Assembly: GCA_050253335.1 (NCBI GenBank)
Contig: JBFWJG010000035.1
Coordinates: forward strand, 1-28,914
From: Deferribacterales bacterium
GTDB taxonomy: Bacteria; Chrysiogenota; Deferribacteres; Deferribacterales; Geovibrionaceae
Direction: 5' to 3'
Length of the DNA stretch: 28,914 nt
The notes under the pieces are model-generated. The model was not told the origin of the DNA. It ran no database searches and worked only from the letters and a program-made list of their open reading frames with translations. Below, piece by piece: positions 15,921 to 25,084 of this stretch (the first letter of the stretch is position 1; each line of letters opens with the position of its first letter). A program made the position numbers and the translations under genes.

Positions 15921-16883
15921 ATGCAGGACTTTTTTAACTTTCAGGATATTAAGGAAGAATATGACGTGGTGATTCTCGGCGCGGGTCCTGCGGGTCTCAC
16001 AGCCGCTATGTACGCCGCCCGCGACAATCTCAGCACACTGGTGCTTGAAAAACAGTTCCCCGGCGGTCAGGTTGCCACAACTGAATTTGTGGAAAACTAT
16101 CCCGGATTCCCTGAAGGGCTAATGGGGGCGGATCTGAGCGAGAAGATGTATGCCCATGCAGAGAAGTTCGGCGTTTTAATCCGCGCGGCGGAGTGCCAGC
16201 ACATAGAAGTTAAAGGCGATTACAAATACCTCACAATAAAGAACCTCTCCTTCCAGATTAAGGCGAAGGCGCTTATCCTCTGTCTCGGCGCACACTGGAA
16301 AAGGCTTGAAGTTCCCGGTGAAAACAGGTTCTTCGGTCGCGGAGTTTCCTTCTGCGCCACCTGTGACGGCTCCTTCTACAAAGATAAAGAGATAGCCGTA
16401 ATCGGCGGCGGCGATTCCGCCGTTGAGGAAGGGCTCTACCTCACCAAGTTTGCAAGCAAAGTAACGATAATCCACCGCAGGGACAAGCTACGCGCTGCGA
16501 AAATATATCAGGACAGAGCCCTCAAGCACGAAAAGATTAACTTCATCTGGGACACGGTGGTAACAGCCGTAAACGGCGATCAGAAAGTCGGCTCTGTTTC
16601 CCTCAAAAACTTAAAAACAGGCGAGGAATCCGAGCTTGAAGTAGCAGGAATCTTCGTTTTCATCGGTCAGACAGCAGACACAGGCCTTGTGAAGGATTTG
16701 GTGAAGCTTGACGAAAGCGGTTTCATCGTTGCTGATGAAACCACGGAAACCAATATCCCCGGAATTTTCGCCGCAGGCGACGTGCGCTGGAAACCGCTGA
16801 GGCAGATAACGACTGCCGTCGCTGACGGTTCTGTCGCCGCAAAAGCAGCGGGAAAATATATAGGCGAAGTTTTTGAACAATAA
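15921..16883 (+). CDS. trxB: Thioredoxin-disulfide reductase
   Basis: [56 protein letters not shown]. Confidence 0.96.
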   Translation: MQDFFNFQDIKEEYDVVILGAGPAGLTAAMYAARDNLSTLVLEKQFPGGQVATTEFVENYPGFPEGLMGADLSEKMYAHAEKFGVLIRAAECQHIEVKGDYKYLTIKNLSFQIKAKALILCLGAHWKRLEVPGENRFFGRGVSFCATCDGSFYKDKEIAVIGGGDSAVEEGLYLTKFASKVTIIHRRDKLRAAKIYQDRALKHEKINFIWDTVVTAVNGDQKVGSVSLKNLKTGEESELEVAGIFVFIGQTADTGLVKDLVKLDESGFIVADETTETNIPGIFAAGDVRWKPLRQITTAVADGSVAAKAAGKYIGEVFEQ

Positions 16884-16899
16884 AATACGGAGTTGACAC

Positions 16900-17286
16900 A
16901 TGAAAAAGGCACTTCTCGTTTTCATTGCTGTCCTGCTTATCGGAAGTCAGGCCTACGCACAGACAAAAGTGAGCAGAATAGTGATGACCACCGGCATTGA
17001 AAACAAGGAACCGATTGACAATGTGAGCACCGCCAAAGGAGAAATGCAGGATATTTACTGCTTCACCGAGATCCAGACGGATGAATACCCCACCGAGGTG
17101 ACGCACATCTGGATACACGGGAAAAACATAGAGGCTGAGGTCAGGCTTTTTGTGGGCTCGCCCAAATGGAGAACCTACAGTTCCAAAACCATTCCTTCCG
17201 AAAAAACAGGGGAATGGAAAGTGGAAATCTATGCAAAAAGCGGCCAGCTCATAGACTCCGTAGATTTCATGGTTAATGAGCAGTAA
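16900..17286 (+). CDS. Secreted DUF2914-domain protein
   Basis: Signal peptide ending AYA. YCFTEI, VTHIW, WRTYSSK, GEWKVEI pattern. Confidence 0.8.
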   Translation: MKKALLVFIAVLLIGSQAYAQTKVSRIVMTTGIENKEPIDNVSTAKGEMQDIYCFTEIQTDEYPTEVTHIWIHGKNIEAEVRLFVGSPKWRTYSSKTIPSEKTGEWKVEIYAKSGQLIDSVDFMVNEQ

Positions 17287-18097
17287 CCCGCTTCTCAGCT
17301 TTGTGCCCACCCCTGTGGGCAATCTGGGCGACATAACTCTGAGAGCTGTCGAAACACTCCGCGCGGCGGATATTGTTTTCGCCGAAGACACAAGAACAGC
17401 CCTCAAGCTCCTGAGCCATCTGGGGATACGGGTCAAGGTCGAGTCTTTTCACAAGGATAACGAGAAAAAAACAATACACCGGATAACCGAACTTCTGGGT
17501 GAAGGTAAGAAAATCTCCGTGATCAGCGAGGCAGGCTCGCCCTGCATATCTGACCCGGGGATGTATCTCTCCGCCGCCCTGCGTGAAGCGCAGATACCCT
17601 TTGAGGCTTTGCCCGGGGCAACGGCATTTGTTCCCGCACTGACACTTTCCGGATTTGACACGTCAGACTTCTACTTCCGCGGTTTTCTCCCGCACAAGCT
17701 TTCCGAAAAAAAGAGCGAGATCGAAAAACTCAGAAAAATCAACAGCCTGATAGTCTTGTATGAGTCACCGCACAGAGCGGCAGAAACGCTGAAACTTCTC
17801 ATTGATAACTTCCCTCTTCCCGTATCCCTCAGCAGGGAGATAACAAAGCTCCATGAGGAAACACTGATGATACGCTCTGAGGAGGACATAAACGCCCTTA
17901 CCCTCAAGGGTGAGTTTGTGTTTGTGGTGAACAACAGGAAAGAAGAGAAAGAGGAAGAAAAAGAGGATTTCAGGGAGCTGGCGGAAACCCTCATAAAAGA
18001 AGGGCTCTCCGCCAAGGACTGCCTGACAGTGCTCAAGGCCTTGGGCGTTAAGAGAAACGCCGCCTACTCAGCCATTAACGAAATTATAAACAGATGA
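17276..18097 (+). CDS. rsmI: 16S rRNA (cytidine1402-2'-O)-methyltransferase
   Basis: TPVGNLGDITLRA, AEDTR, SEAGSPCISDPG, F.GFLP, YESPHR, REITKLHEE. Confidence 0.95.
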   Translation: MSSNPLLSFVPTPVGNLGDITLRAVETLRAADIVFAEDTRTALKLLSHLGIRVKVESFHKDNEKKTIHRITELLGEGKKISVISEAGSPCISDPGMYLSAALREAQIPFEALPGATAFVPALTLSGFDTSDFYFRGFLPHKLSEKKSEIEKLRKINSLIVLYESPHRAAETLKLLIDNFPLPVSLSREITKLHEETLMIRSEEDINALTLKGEFVFVVNNRKEEKEEEKEDFRELAETLIKEGLSAKDCLTVLKALGVKRNAAYSAINEIINR

Positions 18098-18583
18098 ACC
18101 GGCAAGGAAAATATTCAGCACTCCAAGCAGGATCAGGAAGGTGATCTGCTTCTTTCTGATCAGCCTGTGATCAAGCTTGGCTATGTTCCCCTGAAGTTCC
18201 GTGTTCACCGCTGATTTCACATAGTCTGCAAAATCCGCAAAATTTCTGAAATATGAAGATACAAAAACAAACTTTTCCGCATCGGAAAGAATCAGAATCG
18301 CCCGCATCTTCAGAAGTATAACTCCTATCTCCTCAAGAGAGCTGAGCTTCACGGCTTTTCTGCCGTAAACGGTGTAGAGGCGCACCTCATCCCCTTCGAC
18401 TTCAAGGCGGCGGAAGTACAGCGATATGAAGTTAAAAAGCGCAAAACCGACCACAATGGCCGCTATGACCCATTTTGCTCCGTTCATCCCCGTAAAGGCG
18501 TGTGAAAACGAAAAAACCAGTGAAGAAACTATGAGAAGAAAGGAAAGCGCAACAGCGGCTGTTCCGACCCTATAAACCGTCAA
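18068..18583 (-). CDS. Hypothetical membrane protein (about 3 TM helices, possible PH-like cytoplasmic domain)
   Basis: Two N-terminal hydrophobic segments, a beta-rich middle (RRLEVEGDEVRLYTVYGRKAVKL) and a C-terminal TM helix. Start reassigned to TTG 18583 (GGAG 7 nt upstream), overlapping the TPR gene end by 14 nt. Confidence 0.7.
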   Translation of the reverse strand: MTVYRVGTAAVALSFLLIVSSLVFSFSHAFTGMNGAKWVIAAIVVGFALFNFISLYFRRLEVEGDEVRLYTVYGRKAVKLSSLEEIGVILLKMRAILILSDAEKFVFVSSYFRNFADFADYVKSAVNTELQGNIAKLDHRLIRKKQITFLILLGVLNIFLAGSSVYNFVNG

Positions 18584-21380
18584 TTTCAAGCTCCAGCGGG
18601 AGTTTAAGCAGGAAGTTTCCGCTTCTGGATTCCAGCTCTCCCATTTCATTGTAAACCATGCGGATGTTATCATTTTTCAGCGCAACCATCAACCTTATAG
18701 CTGCGCCTCTGAAATCATCGGGATATTTGCCCATGTAGCTGTTTATCTGCTTCATCAGCCTCTGGTCATGATAATTCAGCAGGAAGTAAAGCATTTTATA
18801 GTAGTCAAAGTATCTGTCCTGAAAACCGAGGTTTTCAAGGGCGGAGAAGGAAGCCTCGGCGTTCACAAAATCCTCAAGCCAGATGAAGTAGTAAAGCGAA
18901 GCCTTATACAGTTCGGGATACCTGAAATCCAGATTGTTCAGCCTCTGGAGATAGTAAAGCGCGCGCTTGCTGTCGCCCATATATACCTGATAGTAGAAAA
19001 GCTCCTTGAGTATCACATTGTCGTTTATGTATTCATCGCCGTTTATTCCCGTGAGCTGTTTAAACTTTTTAACCTGAAGGTAGGAGCGCATAAACTTGTA
19101 GAACCTGTCGGTTATCATATCCTCTTTCTGCACGGGCTGTCTGTCTTCCATAATTGCGAGAAGATCACTCAGGCTGGCGCCTCTGAATATCCTGTCGCTC
19201 TTTAAGGGTTCAAGCCTGTCGGCGCCCTGCCCGCTCAGATATTCGGAAAGGGAAAGCAGCGCCCTGAGGAAGCCGTCCTCGGGCTTTTTCTTTCCGATGT
19301 CCTCTATAACGCCTCTGTAATCGCCCACGCCCATATCCGCCAGATATTTAGTGTAATAGATTATGTTAGGTACTTTTTCCCTGTCGTCTCTGACATCTTC
19401 CGCCCTGTCGCGCACCAGATTATATTCCTGATAGGCTCCGTTTTCGTTTCCTTCCATCTGGAGGCAGACCGCCTTTCCTAAATAAGCGGGAAAGTTGTAT
19501 CTGTTCTGCACTATGGCATTGTCAAAGAATTTCACAGCCAGATCAGCCCTGCCCATGGCAAGATTGACCAGACCTATGTTGTACAGGGTGTACGGGTTAT
19601 CCCCGAGAAGCTCGTTTGCCTGCCTGAACTCACGCATCGCGTCCTGATAAGCATATGCGAGAAACAGCGTAACCCCTTTGTTGTTGTGGGCTATGCCTTC
19701 GGAAAACTTAACGGATTTCTGGAGCTCCTCCAGAGCCATAAGCCTGTCGTTCTGCTGAAGCAGTTTGTATCCGAGAGCCACAAAATTAAGCATCTCGTCC
19801 GGCTCAATCAGCAGAGGATAAAGCACGGAGGAGAGTATGTCCTCGAACTCGCCGTTAAACCTGTATGAAAAGTTCATGTCGTCAAGCACGGGATCAAGGT
19901 GGATAGCTATCTCCGGATGCCTGCTTATCCGCAGATCTCTGGTGAGAGCGTCATTAAGGTGCACTTTGAGCTCGGTGAGCTTTTTCATGTTCCAGAGGTT
20001 AACGGTTTTATACCAGAAATATTCCGGCTTAAAGTCGTCAATAAGCTCCGCAACCTTGAGGGCATCGCCGTAACTGCGGTATTTCATCATTATGTACGCA
20101 CGGTACACGTAATAATCGTTGTCTGTTTCCGGCGGAACGTTATCAAGCATCTTCTGTGCGGGGAGCATGTTGCCGCTGAAGATATGATACATAGCGCCCG
20201 CAAGGCTTACATAAGGTGAGGAAGCACGGGAGAACACAAGGCGGCGCACCTCTTCCCCTTTGTTTTCATAAACAAGCGAGTGCTTTGCGTACATGTACAT
20301 AAGGGCATCGTTATTAATCGCCCTGAAACCGGCAAGAATAAGCTCGCCGGCTTTTCTGTACTCACCCAGAGCCTGAAGAATGTTGTAGTCTGTTATATAA
20401 TAGGCTGTTTCCTGAGGATATTCGGCCAGAAGCCCTGTCATAACCTCGTGCGCTGTGTTCAGGGAGCCGCTTTTGAAAAGCGCCGTTGCGTATCTGTGCC
20501 TGTAATCCCTGTCGTTGTTGGTATCTGTGAGTTTTTTAAGGACAGAAGCTTCCTCTGCGTAGCTTTTCAGCATGTTGTAGTTTCTGGCAAGCAGTTCATA
20601 AACCTCTTCTGCGGGCTTGAACTTTTCCGCCAGCAGAAGGTTGGAAACCGATGTCAGGTAATCCGCTTTCCGGTGATATGCCGTGCCAAGATTAAAATAA
20701 TCGGTGTAGGTTTTATAATCCAGTCCCTCAATTATTTTGATGCCTGTGTCAAACTCGCCTATGCTGAGCAGAAAATAGGCGTAGTTGGACTTAACAAACC
20801 TCGATTTGCCGTCTTTTTTCAGCGCTTCTTCGTAAAGAACCGTGGCACGGGCTGTCTCCCCTTTGCGGAGATAAATATTCGCCATATTCACAAGAAGCTT
20901 GCCCGATGCTCTGTCCTTCAGGAGCTCCGCCATGTAAAGCTCCGCCTCGTCCAGCTTTCCTGTCTGGAGCAGAACCACAGCAAGGTTGATATACCCTTCG
21001 GTAAATTTGGGGTCTTCTTCTATCGCCCTGCGGAAATATTCTTCACTTTTATCAATATCATCAAGCAGATAGTAACTCACACCCATATTATAGAACGCAA
21101 CGGAACGGTTGATTTTCAGGCCTTCCTCATACTTGGCTATGGCCTGCTCAAAATTCCCCTGCAGAAAGAGATTGTTCCCTTCCTCTATACCCTTATCCTG
21201 CTCGGCTACGGCAACGCCGGAGATAGGCTGACTGTCGGTGAAGTTATCCTCAATCAGCTTTATCCGCTCCTCCTCGGAGCATGAAACAAGGGCAAGAACA
21301 AGGAAAAGAAAAAATCCCGCAAGATACGGACTGTAAAGCTTCAGCACTGCTCTGGCTGCACTTATATTCGTTTCCCTCAA
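18570..21380 (-). CDS. Large tetratricopeptide-repeat protein, probable lipoprotein
   Basis: Many TPR units (e.g. AFYNMGVSYY...EEYFRRAIEEDP, GYINLAVVL, TLYNIGLVNL...FFDNAI). Hydrophobic N-terminus ends in lipobox LVSC (C34). Start codon uncertain. Confidence 0.85.
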   Translation of the reverse strand: MRETNISAARAVLKLYSPYLAGFFLFLVLALVSCSEEERIKLIEDNFTDSQPISGVAVAEQDKGIEEGNNLFLQGNFEQAIAKYEEGLKINRSVAFYNMGVSYYLLDDIDKSEEYFRRAIEEDPKFTEGYINLAVVLLQTGKLDEAELYMAELLKDRASGKLLVNMANIYLRKGETARATVLYEEALKKDGKSRFVKSNYAYFLLSIGEFDTGIKIIEGLDYKTYTDYFNLGTAYHRKADYLTSVSNLLLAEKFKPAEEVYELLARNYNMLKSYAEEASVLKKLTDTNNDRDYRHRYATALFKSGSLNTAHEVMTGLLAEYPQETAYYITDYNILQALGEYRKAGELILAGFRAINNDALMYMYAKHSLVYENKGEEVRRLVFSRASSPYVSLAGAMYHIFSGNMLPAQKMLDNVPPETDNDYYVYRAYIMMKYRSYGDALKVAELIDDFKPEYFWYKTVNLWNMKKLTELKVHLNDALTRDLRISRHPEIAIHLDPVLDDMNFSYRFNGEFEDILSSVLYPLLIEPDEMLNFVALGYKLLQQNDRLMALEELQKSVKFSEGIAHNNKGVTLFLAYAYQDAMREFRQANELLGDNPYTLYNIGLVNLAMGRADLAVKFFDNAIVQNRYNFPAYLGKAVCLQMEGNENGAYQEYNLVRDRAEDVRDDREKVPNIIYYTKYLADMGVGDYRGVIEDIGKKKPEDGFLRALLSLSEYLSGQGADRLEPLKSDRIFRGASLSDLLAIMEDRQPVQKEDMITDRFYKFMRSYLQVKKFKQLTGINGDEYINDNVILKELFYYQVYMGDSKRALYYLQRLNNLDFRYPELYKASLYYFIWLEDFVNAEASFSALENLGFQDRYFDYYKMLYFLLNYHDQRLMKQINSYMGKYPDDFRGAAIRLMVALKNDNIRMVYNEMGELESRSGNFLLKLPLELEIDGL

Positions 21381-21511
21381 TCGTACTGAGCCATAAACAG
21401 ACTTATGGCGCTGTCATTAAAATCGTCCGCTTTTTTTAAATATTAATTATTTTTTAGCAGTCCGGATTTTTCATAAGCTGTTCCGGTTTTCAGTTTTCCG
21501 CAACATTAATA

Positions 21512-21540
21512 TTGAACACTGCTTACATGCGTGTTATCTT
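21512..21540 (+). promoter_or_regulatory. Putative sigma70 promoter of the ABC transporter operon
   Basis: TTGAAC (21512-21517), 17-bp spacer, TATCTT (21535-21540), preceded by TG. Confidence 0.5.
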
Positions 21541-21618
21541 TAACTATATATATTTCATACATAAATCATAACAGCATGAATTTATTCAGAACAAAAATCT
21601 AAAACTCAGGAGAAAACT

Positions 21619-22383
21619 ATGAAGAAAATTACCGTATTTATCGTTACAGGACTGCTGCTTCTCACAGCCGTGTCCGCATTCGCCGAAGGGCTTGATGATG
21701 TGAAGAAAAAAGGCGTGCTTACCTTTTCGCTGACCGGCCAGTACCCTCCGTTCAACTTTGTTGACGAGCGCAACAACGTCACGGGGTTTGATGTGGAAAT
21801 AGGCAATGAGATAGCAAAACGCATAGGCGCAGAGGGCAGACCCGTAACAACTGCATGGGACGGCATAATAGCAGGGCTTATTTCATCAAAATACGACCTT
21901 ATCTGCGGCAGCATGGCGATTACCGAACAGAGGCTCAAGTCCATCGACTTTTCCGAACCCTACTACAGAAGCGGGGCACAGATATTCACCGGAAACAAAT
22001 CAGACATTAAATCCGCAGCAGATCTCAGCGGCAAAAAAATAGGCGTAACCCTCGGCACAACCTACGAGCAGTGGGTGAGGGAAAATATAAAAGGCGCTGA
22101 AATCAAAACCTACAAAGGCGTGCCGGACATGATCCTTGAGACCGCCACAGGCAGAATTGACGCCTTCGTGACTGATAAAATAGTCGGCGCCATGGCTATC
22201 AGGGATAAAAAAGCGCCGCTGAAGCTTGTGGGTGATCTGCTTTATGAAGAAAGGATGGGCATAGCCATGCGCAAGGGGAACCCTCTCCTGAAAGAAGCCG
22301 TTAACAAAGCCCTCGCTGATATGAAAAATGACGGAACATACGAAAAAATCAGCATGAAATGGCTGGGTATCGATGTCAGATAA
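21619..22383 (+). CDS. Polar amino-acid ABC transporter substrate-binding protein (SBP family 3)
   Basis: Signal peptide ending AFA. YPPFNF, GFDVEI, WDGIIAGL...KYD, ITEQR...DFSEPYY, GVTLGTTYE. RBS AGGAG. Confidence 0.93.
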   Translation: MKKITVFIVTGLLLLTAVSAFAEGLDDVKKKGVLTFSLTGQYPPFNFVDERNNVTGFDVEIGNEIAKRIGAEGRPVTTAWDGIIAGLISSKYDLICGSMAITEQRLKSIDFSEPYYRSGAQIFTGNKSDIKSAADLSGKKIGVTLGTTYEQWVRENIKGAEIKTYKGVPDMILETATGRIDAFVTDKIVGAMAIRDKKAPLKLVGDLLYEERMGIAMRKGNPLLKEAVNKALADMKNDGTYEKISMKWLGIDVR

Positions 22384-22406
22384 CATGAAGTCTGAAGGAG
22401 TCGGCT

Positions 22407-23054
22407 ATGCTTGACTGGGGCCTGATGGCGCATTACTTCCCCTTTCTGCTTCAAGGGGCGGTGCTGACGCTCAAAATATCAGTATTCGCTCTGATTCTGG
22501 GGTTCATTTTCGGCATATCCGCCGCGCTTCTTAAACTTTCCAAAAATCCTCTTCTGAGAGGCGCGGCAGGCTTTTATATCTGGATTGTACGTTCAACACC
22601 TCTGCTTGTTCAGCTTTTCCTCATCTATTTCGGGCTGCCTCAGCTCGGAATAGATCTGGGTTCGTTCTTCTCCGGTGTTCTGGGGCTCGCGCTCAATATC
22701 GGCGCATACAACGCCGAAGCCATAAGGGGCGGCATCATGTCCGTTCCGCACGGCCAGATGGAAGCCTCGCGCAGCCTCGGCATGTCCTCAAGGCTCGCCA
22801 TGCGCAGAATTGTCCTTCCGCAGGCCATGCGCATCGCCCTCCCTTCTCTGGGGAACAATTTCGTGATCCTCATCAAGGACACCTCCCTTGTTTCAACCAT
22901 AACTCTGGTGGAGCTTACGCTGGCAGCCCAGAGGCTTATAGGCTCAACCTACAAGCCTTTTGAGATGTACCTGATGGCGGCGTTTCTCTACGCTGTGCTC
23001 ACAACAGCCACAAGCCTGCTTCTGGGGCGTGTGGAAAAAAGAATGGCGTACTGA
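22407..23054 (+). CDS. Polar amino-acid ABC transporter permease (HisM/GlnP type)
   Basis: RSTPLLVQL, AYNAEAIRGG..SVP.GQMEA.RSLG (EAA loop), PQA.R..LP, KDTSL. Confidence 0.94.
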   Translation: MLDWGLMAHYFPFLLQGAVLTLKISVFALILGFIFGISAALLKLSKNPLLRGAAGFYIWIVRSTPLLVQLFLIYFGLPQLGIDLGSFFSGVLGLALNIGAYNAEAIRGGIMSVPHGQMEASRSLGMSSRLAMRRIVLPQAMRIALPSLGNNFVILIKDTSLVSTITLVELTLAAQRLIGSTYKPFEMYLMAAFLYAVLTTATSLLLGRVEKRMAY

Positions 23055-23069
23055 AAAGGGGGGGCACGG

Positions 23070-23837
23070 ATGACGGAACAGATAATGGTGCAGATGAAAA
23101 ATCTGCATAAATACTTCGGTGAGAACGAGGTGCTGAAAGGCATCGACATAAGCGTGCACAAGCGGGAGGTTGTGGCGGTCATAGGCCCCAGCGGCTCCGG
23201 CAAAAGTACGCTGCTGAGATGCGTCAACTATCTGGAGGAACCCACGGAAGGGGAGATTCTGATCGAAGGGAACCTTCTCAATATGAAAGGAATGAAGAAC
23301 AAGGAGTTCCAGAAGCACTTAAACCGGATCCGCACAAAAGTCGGCATGGTTTTTCAGCAGTTTAATCTTTTCCCCCATATGACCGTTCTGGAAAATGTGA
23401 CCGAAGCTCCTGTGCATGTGCTGAAAAAGCCGAAAAAACAGGCGGTAAAGCTTGCTGAGGAGCTTCTGGAGAAGGTTGGGATGCTGGAAAAAAGGGACGC
23501 CTATCCAAAAACCCTCTCCGGCGGACAGAAGCAGAGAGTGGCAATAGCCCGCGCACTCGCCATGGAGCCTGACATCATGCTGTTTGACGAAGCCACATCC
23601 GCTCTTGATCCTGAGTTGGTGGGCGAAGTTCTCAAGGTTATGGAGGATCTTGCCCGTGAGGGGATGACCATGATCGTCGTGACCCATGAGATGGACTTTG
23701 CCAGACGAGTCGCAGACAGAGTTGTGTTCATTGCCGAAGGGCGGATTATTGAGGAAGGGAAGCCCGAAAAGATTTTTACCGAACCCGCAGAGGAGCGGAC
23801 AAGACAGTTTCTGGCAAGCTTCATAAACGGATTCTGA
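23070..23837 (+). CDS. Polar amino-acid ABC transporter ATP-binding protein (GlnQ type)
   Basis: [49 protein letters not shown]. Confidence 0.95.
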   Translation: MTEQIMVQMKNLHKYFGENEVLKGIDISVHKREVVAVIGPSGSGKSTLLRCVNYLEEPTEGEILIEGNLLNMKGMKNKEFQKHLNRIRTKVGMVFQQFNLFPHMTVLENVTEAPVHVLKKPKKQAVKLAEELLEKVGMLEKRDAYPKTLSGGQKQRVAIARALAMEPDIMLFDEATSALDPELVGEVLKVMEDLAREGMTMIVVTHEMDFARRVADRVVFIAEGRIIEEGKPEKIFTEPAEERTRQFLASFINGF

Positions 23838-23850
23838 AAAGATAAAAACA

Positions 23851-23883
23851 AAAAGGCAGAAGCAAGCGCCGCTTCTGCCTTTT
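23851..23883. terminator. Bidirectional intrinsic terminator between convergent operons
   Basis: AAAAGGCAGAAGC-AAGCGCC-GCTTCTGCCTTTT: a 13-bp perfect stem with an A-tract and a T-tract. A second small hairpin, AAACCG-CCGC-CGGTTT, follows. Confidence 0.85.
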
Positions 23884-23962
23884 AAACCGCCGCCGGTTTG
23901 AACAATCAGCGGCATAAACTTAATATATGCTCATTATAAAAAATATCAATAGATATTAAACA

Positions 23963-24367
23963 TCACGCCATGACCTTGTCATCTATGGCTTTGTTGGCGA
24001 GCCTGTCCGCCATTTTGTTCTGCTCTCTGGGTACATGATTAAAAGAAAACTTTGCCCCTTCAAGGGCTTTAATAAGTTCAAGGCGTATCTGCGCAAGGGT
24101 TTCGTTTTTTACCTTGTATTCGCCTTTCATCTGTTTCACAATCAGCTCCGAATCCAGATAGAAGTTTATCACTGACGGATTCATGAGTTTCGCCTTACGG
24201 GCGGCTTCAAGCACAGCCCTGTATTCAGCTACGTTGTTTGTGGCATGGCCTATATAAAGACAGCCCTCTTCGAGAACTGCGCCCTCTCCGTTCAGAATAA
24301 CAAACCCGCAGCCGGCCTCGCCCGGGTTTCCCCTTGAGGCGCCGTCGGAAAATACTTTAAGCATCAT
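23963..24367 (-). CDS. rnhA: Ribonuclease HI (archaeal-like/RNase HI-like subfamily)
   Basis: FSDGASRGNPG, TNNVAEY, DSELIVKQM.G.YKVK, HVPREQN..ADRLAN. Confidence 0.92.
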   Translation of the reverse strand: MMLKVFSDGASRGNPGEAGCGFVILNGEGAVLEEGCLYIGHATNNVAEYRAVLEAARKAKLMNPSVINFYLDSELIVKQMKGEYKVKNETLAQIRLELIKALEGAKFSFNHVPREQNKMADRLANKAIDDKVMA

Positions 24368-24370
24368 TGC

Positions 24371-25081
24371 TTAGTCATCATTAAGCGCGTAGAGAAAGCG
24401 CTGGCAGTTCGGGCACTGGTGAAGAGCCTTTCCTTTCTTAACTTCAACATAGAGCTGGGGCGGAACTTTGATGTAGCATCCTGTGCAGATTTCGTCGGTA
24501 ACTCTGACAATGGCGAGGTTGTTTCTGGCGTGTCTTACTCTTTCGTATTTGGATATAATGGATTTTTTTACAACTGCCTGTGCTTCTTCCCTTTTGGTTT
24601 TCAGTTCGGCGAGTTCGGCGGTTGCTTCTGAGTCTTCTTCGTTTTTCTGTGTTTCTTTTTCCTCAAGGCTTGCCTTGAGTTCGGTCTCTTTGGCCTGAAG
24701 CTCCTCAAACTTGCTTTGTGAGGCGCTTACAGTGTCCTGAAGCTCAAGGATTTTGTATTCCCCTTCGTTCACGTTCTTTTTCAGCACATCAAGCTCTTTA
24801 AGAACAGCTTCATATTCCTTGTTGTTTTTAACATTAGGAAGTTTTGACTGCGCCTTGTCCAGCAGCGCCTTGTTCTCTGCGCATTCTTTGGTGAGTTTCG
24901 CGAGGGTCTCTGTGTCTGCTTCGTGCTTGGTTTTCACCGTTTCGCACTCGGCCTTGACAGCCTCAAACCCGTTCCTCACATCTTTAAGAAAGCCCGGAAC
25001 CTGAGAAACTTTCGTTTCCAGTTCGGCAATTCTGTTGTCCAGCTTCTGCAGTTCAATAAGCTGTTCCACTTCTTGGAGCAT
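24371..25081 (-). CDS. Coiled-coil protein with C-terminal C4 zinc ribbon (DUF164)
   Basis: LIELQKLD N-terminus, long coiled coil, CTGC...VPPQ...CPNCQRFLY. Confidence 0.92.
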   Translation of the reverse strand: MLQEVEQLIELQKLDNRIAELETKVSQVPGFLKDVRNGFEAVKAECETVKTKHEADTETLAKLTKECAENKALLDKAQSKLPNVKNNKEYEAVLKELDVLKKNVNEGEYKILELQDTVSASQSKFEELQAKETELKASLEEKETQKNEEDSEATAELAELKTKREEAQAVVKKSIISKYERVRHARNNLAIVRVTDEICTGCYIKVPPQLYVEVKKGKALHQCPNCQRFLYALNDD

Positions 25082-25084
25082 TGA

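Noticed and set aside
18584..18673. ORF-track N-terminal extension of the membrane protein
   Set aside because: It would overlap the TPR gene by 104 nt. TTG 18583 has a well-spaced GGAG.
20280..21284. 334-aa + strand ORF
   Set aside because: Antisense shadow of the TPR gene.
21386..21413. Possible dif site (CATAA-N6-TTATG core)
   Set aside because: Neither arm matches the conserved XerD arm TTATGTTAAAT beyond the first 5 nt.
21381..21618. Riboswitch or T-box ahead of the amino-acid ABC transporter
   Set aside because: The leader is AT-rich and unstructured, with no T-box, SAM, lysine or glycine riboswitch consensus visible.
23838..23962. RNase P RNA, which in some bacteria lies near the nif3-Zn ribbon-rnhA cluster
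   Set aside because: The gap is only 125 nt and lacks the GAGGAAAGTCC signature.
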